Source: Paragordius varius (lineage: Eukaryota; Animalia; Nematomorpha). Taken from it: 64,000 nt of DNA. The notes beneath the pieces are model-generated. The model was not told the origin of the DNA. It ran no database searches and was given only the letters and a program-made list of their open reading frames with translations. The stretch's first letter is position 1; each line of letters starts with the position of its first letter. This document shows, one piece after another, positions 39,880-51,800 of this stretch. Position numbers and translations under genes: made by a program. Where the stretch lies: positions 7,626,001-7,690,000 of the forward strand of contig OZ176055.1 of assembly GCA_964247055.1 (NCBI GenBank), in the 5' to 3' direction.

Positions 39880-42800
39880 CAGAATTAATAATATTTTTAT
39901 TTAAAGGATCAAAATTAAAACCGTTATCAGCCTTAAATATTCAACTAATTTTAAATTCATTTTAAAAACTAAGGTTATACCATTTACATTTCAAATTCAC
40001 CCTTAAACAATTCAAATTCACCCTCGAACAATTCAAATTCACCCTAAAAATAAATTATGTGTTTTCGAACTAATATAACTCATTATTAATATAAAATAAT
40101 CTTTATGGCATAATTTATTATTTTTTCAGTATTATTTTAATTTAAAATAAAATTTTATTGTTTAAAAATATATTAAAATATAGGTAATTTTTAATCTGAA
40201 AAAACATGTTATTTATTTGAGGGTGAATTTGAATTGTTCAAGGGTGAATTTGAATTGTTCAAGGGTGAATTTGAATTGTTTAAGGATGAATTTGAACTGT
40301 AAATGGTATAGTTAACCAATATTGGGTTATAGGGTATTAATTTGGTTTGAGTCATAATATGGGCGAAATCGGAAATACAGACTGATTTCTATAATAATGA
40401 TGATTTGTTAAAAAATTATCCGCTCTTAACACATTATGCTGATGTAAGGGCCAAAACAATTAGAAAATATATTATTTTGGATATTAAATTAGAAATTTTC
40501 TAAACGTAAAATAAAACATTAGCATAATAATGAATGTAGTTTAAATTTACCTTGAAATAAATATTTTAACAATTCTTTTAGATCAGGGGTGGTCAATCTT
40601 TTTTCCCGCGGGCTACTTTTTTGGGAGATTAAAAGATTCATCAACTTACACAAATATATATACATATATATATATATATCTATTTACGGATTGGGTGACT
40701 AGCACAGGCCATTTTAAAATAAATATTACAGAAAATAATTATTGAATCTTAAATTTCTTAAAATATAGATGATCAAAACGAAATTTATATAAAATGTGCC
40801 CCAAAATGTATTTTTAAATCAATAGTTATTGAAATGTTAGTCAGAAAAAACGGAAAAGATTTAGACCAACTACATAAAAAAAATTTCTTTGGTTAAAACT
40901 TGAAAGACATAAGCCACTATATAAATACGATTTAAATGTGTATAAAATAATAAAATATAAATGAAATAGATAATTTTAAAAATAGAACAATATCGACTAG
41001 TAGTTTCGAATCCTCAAAAGGGGATTTATTTGCAAACTGATTATATGAGTGTATAAAAATAATCTGTATATACAGCTATAAAAATATTTAAAAAAATTTA
41101 AATATCTAATAGAGCATACATTGGTTAAGATGCATTTTAAATTAATAGGTAAAATATTCCACGATGAATTGATGGTATATCCATCGTTCCAGTTAAAATT
41201 TTTGGCCTTATATGTTTTTTGTCCCTAATATTCAATCTTTATAATTATTAATATTAATACAAGTAACATTGTTTAAATCAATTTAATGGTCATAATCCAA
41301 AGCATGCTTTGCTGCACTGCCTTTAACATTGGAATTTATTAAACAAGCCTTGTGTTTGTTAATTCTCGTATTTATTTTTCTATTGGTTTGTCCCACATAA
41401 ACTTAATCACAACTTTCCTAACATTGTGTTTTTCTCTTAGAGAATTCGATCACTTGACATGACTAAAATATGTTAACGTATATATATATATATATATATA
41501 TATAATAGATGGCTTATAATATCCATAAAGCGGGCGGGTGCTTATATAAAACGAAATTGAAATATGAACCAAACATAAAATTTAAAAATTTTATATTTTT
41601 TAGTACAATGTTAACAGGATTTATATTGTTTTCTATTATCAATCATTATTTTATATTTTTTAAATATTTTAAGAAAAAAAGCAGCACAGAATAGTTTTTG
41701 TCTGGATATTTATATACAATTCAGAAAATTAAGATATCTGTGCAAAAATGAAACCGTCGGGACTGTTTGACCAAAAATGATTGGGGACCAGATCATACTT
41801 GGCGGAAAGATTTTTTCAAACCGTAATTTTAGAGCAATAAATGACTGGCTGGAAGCATAAATATATTCCAGTTCTGATCCCTGATCCCTGATACATATTA
41901 TATATATTATATTTAATTTAGGAGCCATTGTTGTGGAAAGGCCACCATTCATATATGATCATTTGACGTATGGATCTTTATACAACAAAACATACGTGCT
42001 GTTAGTTCGTTACCATGATAAAAATGGAACTTCCTTGAGAGATGTAATCGAAAATAAGGCCTATGATAACATACATTTATTAGCTAGGATCTTTCCTTTG
42101 CGCATTGACAAAAATGGTTATTGCATAAAATTATATTAAAACCTATTTTTTTGCACTATTATTTTGAGATTTTGTTATGCTAATATTTTTTTATCACTCA
42201 CACATTTTTAGAAATTCTCTATGACATTAAAGCACGGTGGATTAATTCATCTGTACTAATTCATACCACGAGATTAAAACAGTATCCTAATCTGAAAAGT
42301 AATTATTAATTAATTAACTATAAATATGGACTAAATGGGTATGCAGCCTGAATAATCAGCTTTGATAAGGCATTTTGGTTTTTGCATGATTTTGCTTATA
42401 TGGCTTTGATGCCCATTTTTTTATTGACATTAAAAAATTTAGTTTACTGGGTACAAACAGGGACAAAAATTTGAAAACAAATATATTACATCTATACTTT
42501 ATAAATTGGCAGAAACATATCTGGATGCGAAAAATGTTAGGGCGATATGTCGAAACTATATACTTAAAAGTATGGGAATACACATTATAATCTAGATAAT
42601 ATTAGTGGTTCTGTTATATCATACAAAGTGAAACAAGGGTACCGGAAAAAATATTCATTAGAAATCTTTGACTCAGGTATTTTATCATTTAATATACTAC
42701 ACTAGAATGTTAAGAAAAATATATTTTTATCAATACAAACACCTTTACTTTTTGACAATTTTAGAGCACAAATCAATGAATAAAATTATTGCTGGAATGG

Positions 42801-45800
42801 TAGTTGTGCCCATTAAATCTAATGACTCTACATATGCGGTTGGTATAAAGTCAAAAAATTCCACAAAAACCTATTTTAATGCTCGAATACATTCGCGTAA
42901 AAATTATCGTGTTAAAAGAGGTAATGAATATTTTTGACCTTTTATTACAGCCCCTTAAACTATATATATAAATTAATTTTATAATATTCACCAATATTAA
43001 TATTTTAAACAAATTAGTTATGATATCACGGAATTTTATCACACGGTCCACATAATTCTTGATAAAACATATATTTTCTGATATTAAAATACATTATGAT
43101 TCTCCTTTAGTCGGCCACACGAATCATTTAAGAAAAATAAGATTTTTTTGTGTGATTATTGCGACACATCTAAAAATCGCAAAATTTGCGCACAATATGC
43201 TAAATATATATTTTACGTTAAAAGCTAATGTTTCATTTCAAAATATATCATTAATGATTATTCAAAATAAGATTATGATATAAAATAAAATTCCGGAAAA
43301 GATTTGGTGTCAAGTATCATAAGAGAATTACAATAAAAAAAACAAAAAATAAAAAACAGCCTTTTATTTAAATTGACTATAACCTTTAATGCAAATCCCT
43401 TTAATATTTATATCATATGTTTTATAAATATAACTAAATTTAAATCAAAAAATTTATAAATTTTCCAATATTTAAACTATGGTTTTGCCAAATAAAATCA
43501 TCCAAAAACCCCGGTAGTCAAAAAATATGTTAAATAAAATTTTTATTGTATATGAAATTTAGTATTTGATTTTAAAAAACTCTTAAAACACTATTAGGTG
43601 CAGAGATGTACCGCGTGATATCGAATAAAATTCGGCGTAAAAATTTAAAGTTTAAAATTAATTATCCATTAAAATTGTAAAGGCACCCTAACAAGTTTTG
43701 ATTGGTTTGGAAAATTCAAACAAAAGTATAATACTTATTTAACTATTTTTGAATACCTGGATCTTTTAAATATTAATATGTTAAGATTTGAAACCATCAA
43801 AACAGTTTTTTTTCAAAAATTTATATTTTTTTGAACTTCAACTGTATTGGTATATAATGTTTCTTATATATATACAAACATATGATCAAACATTTAAGCG
43901 TTTTGCATTTAACTATAAAAATTATAGTTAAAATACTAACAGCTGTTTATTTATTTTGTAGTTTTCTGCAGTTATTTCTCTTATATGGCGCTTAACACCA
44001 ATTTGTTTCGGCTTTTGAATTAAAAAATTAAACCTATTAAGGCGTACAAGGGTTAATTTCAGTTTTGAAATACTGACTACATATAATTGATTTTTTTATT
44101 AGCTGGTAGCCTTCCGCCCAACCCTAACAGTAAAATTAATTTGTCAAATGTTACTATTTTATACCATATATAGTGATTGGTAAGTTTTGGGAAAATTCAT
44201 AATTAATATTTTTTGCTAAATATATGTGTACGCACAGGACAAGCAGTTGACAATGTTCTTGAAATTCTAGATGGAGATTTATTGTTTGAGCTACATAATC
44301 CAAGTAATTAAAGTTATTCTAATTATCCTATATATTATTATATGAATCAATCAATATATTAAAATCTTTAAATCTAAAACAAAATTTTACAAAAAATATA
44401 TGTATCTTAAGTGATGAATGATATCGAAGCCATGTTGGCAGAAATGCACGCGGAATTACCTGCAGACATAGGTGAACCCTTGTCCCCATTGATCGATGAA
44501 GTCATTGATGAACCCTTGTTTGATTGGGGTATATATGAAAAAATTCAACACTGAACATTATATTTTATTTTACTAATATTTTAAATTTAAACTGTTTTTT
44601 TTCAAAAAACACGTGAATTATTTTATAAATTTAATAATGCAATATGATTAATATAAAAAATATATTTATATTAGTGCAAGTACTTCAACAGCAAGGTAAA
44701 TTTACTTTATTTTCGTTAATGACTAAAGTTGGTAACCCGTCAAAAAAAACCATTAAAGCTGGTTTCAAAAGTTTTAAAGGGCGTAAAAAATATATTTTTT
44801 GTTCAAGGACTATATACCGATAAAGTTGCATAACTAATATACATAAAATTAAAAATAATCAGAGTCTTAGAAAAGCACTTTGGCCGCATGCGGCCAATGG
44901 GCCGCGGTTTGAGTATCACGGATTAAACAGACCGCTTGTGAATGCGATTCACTTATAATCAATTTGATTGATCCCTGAATAATGAAATATATGTTGTAAT
45001 TTTTAAGTAGTCTGGGAGCTTTAAATTTGTAAAAATAAACTATTAATAAAGATTTTTTTTATAATTTTTACACATTAAACATTTATGTTAGATAAACAAT
45101 TTAATTTGAGAATCTAAAATTTAGAAGGCGCTTTAAATCGAGAGAGAGACACAGCTGATATTATTTATATATCCAAACGCTAATGTAAAAGCATTTATTT
45201 TTGATTTTTTATCATAGAAGGTTTTTGTCACCATCTTTTTAAATTTGGCGGCAAAATATTTGACATGGCTGTTTTATATTTTACTTTTTTATTGAAATAT
45301 TTAAGGCGCCTTAAAGGGAATGGATATTTAATATTTGACCATATTAATTAAGATATTTAATTTAAAATCTCAAGTAGTCATGAAATATGCTAATTAGTAT
45401 TCCACCTTAGAGTTTTAATATAGAATTTACAATATTTAATTTTTATATAGAAGTCATAGATGAACCTGGACCTAATGGTAGAATATTATATTAAAAATTT
45501 TAGTGGAAATGGAAGAAAATTTGGAGGCTGATGGTAATTTTCATTAATTATAGAAAGGTTCTGAATCTGTTTCCGAACAAGAGCTGTCCTCCGGTAAATT
45601 ATCTGATTATACATTAAAACTTTTAATTATAATAAAATAATTAAATACTGTATTGGCTTTACGAATTTTAGTCTATTCCATTTTTATGTGTACTTTTTGA
45701 TTGACATAAAAGGAATCAGTTTATTTTTATATATCACTTCTGATAATAGATTTGGACGAAATGACAGATGTCGCTAGTGATGAAGAAAACTCAATCGATT

Positions 45801-48800
45801 CTCCTGAACAATCTGGTAAGTAAAAAATTTTATTATCAACTTTAACCCGTAAATTACGATTCATTTTTTTCAAAACGCTAAATATTCTATTTATCTATAT
45901 TATTGCTTTTTACATTGTTGAACCTCAATGGGGGTGTTGATTTTGATTTATCCAAATTTAAGGATCAAATACACCTTTTCCCCACTGCTTTTAGGAGAAA
46001 GAAAATAGCCATTACAAAAAATTAATATTTAATTTTTCATAATCTCATAAATGCAACATCTTTAACATCAATATCATTGACAATTTAAACAAATCCAGTT
46101 ATGAAAATCGTATTATTTTTTGTATAAAATTATTAAATAAAATAGTTTTGTTGAAAAAGATGACAAACCATTTAAAATAACACTTAAATAGGTATAAAAA
46201 ACAGATATTACTATAAAAATGTATTACGGAAATCTTGATCATAATTTTAAATGGATTTAGTCTCATGTGGGGTATACTTGCGTAGCATTTTAATTTTTCG
46301 GATATCGATTAGGCAATTTTGAACCAAAACAAATATTTAGAGTCCATTTATTTTAACCTGGATAGATACTGATGAAATGACGAATGAAGCAAGTGATGAT
46401 GACACAAACTCATTAGATTCAAATGAATCAGGTTTTTAAAATTACCCAAACAATTGTGTAGCAAAAATATTATTTAAAAGTTTTATTGCTACTAAACTAA
46501 TATCATTGATTAATTTATAGATAATAAGAACAGAAAAAGACCGCATTCGGATACATCATCTGACAACGAGAGGAAAGAAAAAAGAGGTTTTAATATCTCG
46601 TATTTTACACATTCTTTTAGTCAAACTTTCAGAGGAAGATTCACCTGAAAATGAAGGTATTTTAAAATATTTATTATCGAACAACACATACGCTTAAAGA
46701 TGTTTAACATTGAAATAAATTTCTTATATAATTATAAAGTCATATATATAAATCGATAATTTAGATGAAATGACAGATGAAGCGAGTGAAGATGGGGGTG
46801 AGTCTGATAAAGATGAATCAGGTGAGATAAAACTAAAATCATTTATTGATTTCGTTTAATATAAAAATTTTAAATATCGGTAGACAAATGAATACGCATA
46901 GCTATAACCTAGTGGTTTCTCTAAACTTTGCAATTAGTAATTTAAATAAGCAAGGCATTTCTAGAAAATAAGATTTATTGAACTTAAGCTGTATAATAAA
47001 AAAACACAGAGTTAACTATGAAGTTTAAAAATTAGTAACATAAAACTATTTTTTTATAGATTTGGATAAATTAACAGATGAAGCTAGTGATGATAACGAA
47101 GATGAACCTAAAGATTCAGGTTTGAATGCTAATGTTATATTATGAGTGTCATTACATAAAATCTCGAATATCTATTAAAATGATATTATTATTATTATTA
47201 TAAAATTATATTTTTTATTAATGAATATGGTTTTAATAAAATTAATTAAAACGTATAATTTGCATTTTGTTCCAATTAATTTCTTATATATGATTATGAT
47301 AAACATAATATGAAGCAGTAATAATATCTTTAGCGTGTTCGACAAAAACAATTTAAAAAATTTAATTTCGAGCATTAGAAATCGATTTAGCTGACTGTAA
47401 TATTAAAAATATAAGTAAAAATATCATCTATTAGATCATAACGAACCGAGCAATGAAAATGAAGAGGCATACCCCGACATGGATCAATCGCCATCCGATT
47501 CTGATGGTGATGAGAACAAAAGTTTTCCTATTGATTGATTTCATTTTAATTGTTTAGTTAAAGTATCAGATAAACAGCCAAAAGAAGATGTACCCAAGGA
47601 AGAAGGTAAATTATAATAAATTTTGATATCAATTAAAAAATTATTCTATGGTAAGAATAATATGAATGTTTTCCTAACATGCAGATAAAACACAGAAATC
47701 AGCCCCTGATAGTGATGGTATTTATCGATGACTAATTTTAAGACACCGATAATGAAGATTCGGAAACACAGCCTGTCAGTGAGGATGATATTGCAGGTAT
47801 ATTACCATTTAAGTTCCCAATTATGTGATAGCCAAACAAATAAATTTTATTCAATAGTGAACATATTTTATGGATATTTTCATTATACATATATTGCAAG
47901 AGTCTAATATTGGCAAACTTTTTCTGGTTGAAAATAAAATGATTCAAAAGCGTATAACTCAGAAGAAAAAGATTTGTCTTTGATAATTTTATAAAAACAG
48001 TAAATTAAATTTTTTCTCGATCATACTCAAAAGAAATAAAACTTTTTTTATAATTATTCATATACCACTGTGTGCAAAAAAGAAAGTTAATTTTTTTTAA
48101 CAATTTTTTTTATGAGATAGCTTATGACCAGCGAATACATTTGCCACAAAATTTTTAATTGTTGACAACCTGTTTTTGATATAAAGAGAGAAAATTAAAA
48201 TGGGCAAAAAGTGATAAACAAGGATAATTAAAAAAATAATGATAGAACTTGAGATATGGTTAATTACCATTTTAGCAGATATTGACATTATAAATAGCCT
48301 AAAATATAGTTAGGGTTAAATTCAGCTGACAAACATTTATTTATGAAATTATATTAAAATATTTTTTTTAATTGTTTACTAACTCAACTCACTATTAAAA
48401 TCTTAATTTTCTATATACAAAATAAAACTAAAAAATTTTGTTTTTAATTTTTTTGATTTTTGTCATCTGGTTTATGGGTGTATAAAAAATTTACCGTTTT
48501 ATTTTGGAGTCTTACAAGAGCGAGTATTATAAAGTATATAAATTAATGCAAATTTAAAAGTAGTGGAATAACCAACAATCCGCATAAATCCCTATAACAG
48601 GGTTGTTAATTTTTACTGGGATTTGTGCGTTCGGTTATTCCACTACTTGTAAATATTTTGATTAATTTATTTATATAATTTTCGCTCATGTATGACTCCA
48701 AAATAACAGTAAATTTTTTATACACTCATAAACAGATGACAAAAATTGAAAAATAAAAAACAATATTTTTTCAATTTTATGTTGGTATACAAGTTTTTTT

Positions 48801-51800
48801 ACTGAATAAAACATGAATATTAAGATTTTAATAGTGAGTTTAGCTAGTAAATAATTAAAAAAATTATTTTAATATAGTTTGATAAAAAAAATTTGTTTTT
48901 TAAGTATGATAATAGAAAAACGCGATTTTTTATCTGAATTTAACTATATGATTTTAGGCTATTTATAAATTCTAAATATCTGCTAATATAATAAACCATA
49001 TCTCAAGTTCTATCATTATTTTTTAGTTATCCTTAGTTTTCACTTTTTGCCCAATTTTGATTTTCTCTCATTTTACCGGAAACCGGTAAAAACTTATGAA
49101 TACGCCTTGGTATATCTTGCAATGACAATAAATTAGCTATTAGATTAACACTTAAAAAGTGGATTATCACATCTTTTTCTTGTTTTTTGTGAAACCCATG
49201 TCCAGTGTGTTGGTGTTCAACTTGACCGAAACCGTTACCTGCTTTAAAAGGGGTTTTGAATAAATATTTAATTCAAAAGCAGATTGTAGTTAAATTAATG
49301 TAAAACTTTATGGCCCGCATATCTAAATTTTCTTTCATAGATATGGACAAAATGACAGATGAAGTGAGTGAAGAAGAAACTGCCCCGGCCGAATCTCAGG
49401 AACCAGGTTAAAAATTTGTTCTGACAATTATCATTATATTTAAAAATATAATTTGATGTTAATTCTATAGCAATTATCGGTGTGGCTATATTTTTTAGTA
49501 TATTATTGTTTAACCAAAATTTGTAGAAAAATTTGAAAGTTTAAAAATTATGAACAATTTTTTCAATGAATACATCAATTTTATATCGGTAGGTAAGGGT
49601 TTTCGATTTTATAACAATTATTACACTAATTGGTTTTTTATTTAATAGATGATGCTAGCAACAACAATGAAAATACCGATAATAGAGACTCAGATGAAAA
49701 TCTATCCAATAATGAAGGACCAGATAAAAAAGGTTTTTATAATCTAGATATTGAATAAATCTATCAATAATACAGTGGACCGGTTTTATAACCCTAATTG
49801 TCCAATGTATATAATAAAAATAAATTAAATTTAGCAGTAGATATAAATAACGCCTCTATTTGACTAAAAATTAGGGAATAAAATGATGTAATAGTTTGAT
49901 GTCAAACTTTTTTCTTAATGCTAAAATTATTTATATATTACAGTTTATTAAAGATATTTTTTATACGATTGAAGCATTAAATTAAATTAAGACCGTGCTT
50001 TTTTATAGTTGTATAACAATATCAATTAAGTTCGCCTAGGGTAACCAATTACCCGATTCCGATTGAACTGTGATAAACTAAACTTTTTAAATGACTTTAA
50101 TACAGTAATACATTTTAGGAGTATATCAAAATATTTTTAAATTATAACAAACTAAGGAGGTACATAAATGCTAGAAATACATTCTTATTTCATTCCACCA
50201 GAATTAATTAATTTAATAATTAGCATACATTAATCAAAATAATTTTCTTTGAAAATTTTTTATTTTTATAGAAAAAAATGGCAGAACAATAAAATTCCCG
50301 AAAAACGACGTTAAAAGTTAGTTTAAATCTAATATCTCTACAGACAAACCCAACAGTCAACCTAAAGGTAATTTTTATTTACATTCATAAGAATAAATCA
50401 TGCTAATATTTTTGCATAGAATCTTTTATCATAGTGGTTATTGTTTTGGAGTTTAGAAGTTATTTAAAAAATATTCCACTTTTGTGCTTACTCCATATCG
50501 AAAAAGCGTAAAAAGAGCATATGCTATACTTTTACAAAAGCTAAAAGCTTCATTCTAAAGGCATATCTTTAAAATATTTAAAAAACTCTATTGAAAACCT
50601 AGCCCATTTTTATATTACATATTTTTAGACGTAGGCTCCGAAAGTTTTAAATTTTTAGGCCCCTCTTAAATGAACTTTTTCTAATTAACAAAAAATGCAG
50701 AGATTGAGCAACAACTATTGTAATTATGATATAAAAAGAAGTTATTTATGAAACGATGCATTTGCATGAAGATTTATTTTTGAGCAAAATTTACGCATAA
50801 ATAGAATTTTAACGTAGGGAAACGGTACAAACAGTATATGATCTCAACAATCACCCTTTTTATACAATCAATGATGCTAAATATTTCTATGCCTCAGAAT
50901 TTGAATAAATGTTGTTTGATTTCAAATTAGCTAATTTTTTATGAACACTTAAATTTGAAAGCGAAAGTATATTTTAATAAATTTTGAGGTTGTAGAAATC
51001 TTTAGCAGTCAATTATGGAAAAAGAGGCTTTTTTATTGTCTTAAAATGCACCATGCTATATCACAACAAAATTAAATTAAATTTATAAATAAAGTATGCA
51101 TATTCCAAAAATAACTATTTTTAATGTCATATGCTAGCTTATTTTTCAATTATTGCGAATCTCTGCATCGGAAAACCGATTGAAGGGGGTCGAAAAATTT
51201 AGTCGCATTTAAAAATTAAATTTTTAGTTTATTTTTTAAGTTTATTTTAACAATCACAATGATCACTTGTTGTGTTCTAACACAAGTTTTTTAATTCAAT
51301 TATTGCTGTTGATTCAATTATTAAAAAAAATTGTAATATATATTTGCTTAGCAGATGGTATTTTATATAATTAAATATTTAGCTTTATTAAAAAAGAGCA
51401 TATACTAATTTTGCCATTGTTCAATATGGAGCAACTACCACAAAAGCGGAAATAACTTTCTTAAATCTCTTCGTAAATCCTAAATCTACCTTTCTACTGG
51501 AAAATTATTTATTAGTATTTTCGAATGGAAATAAGCCGCCTTTTTAATAATAATTTTTCGCATATACTTACAAATATTGTTAAAAAAATTTAAACCTTAC
51601 AAATTTAATTACAAAATTTATCAGAAAAAAACTTCAAGACTTAGAAATCTATCTTCAGTTGTCATATTAAACAATAACTTTATGACTTAATTAAAAATAG
51701 GTTCTCGCAATCATAAACCAAATATAAGTATTTTAATTTGCTAATAATTTTCTCTAAAATATTTGATTTTTATAATATTTTACACATTCTTGTAAAAAAC

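Noticed and set aside
41509-41952. ORFs 41509..41694 (+) and 41710..41952 (-) as separate genes or extra exons
   Set aside because: They lie in intron 1 of gene 4, which splices cleanly from 39825 to 41922 without them, and show no recognisable motifs.
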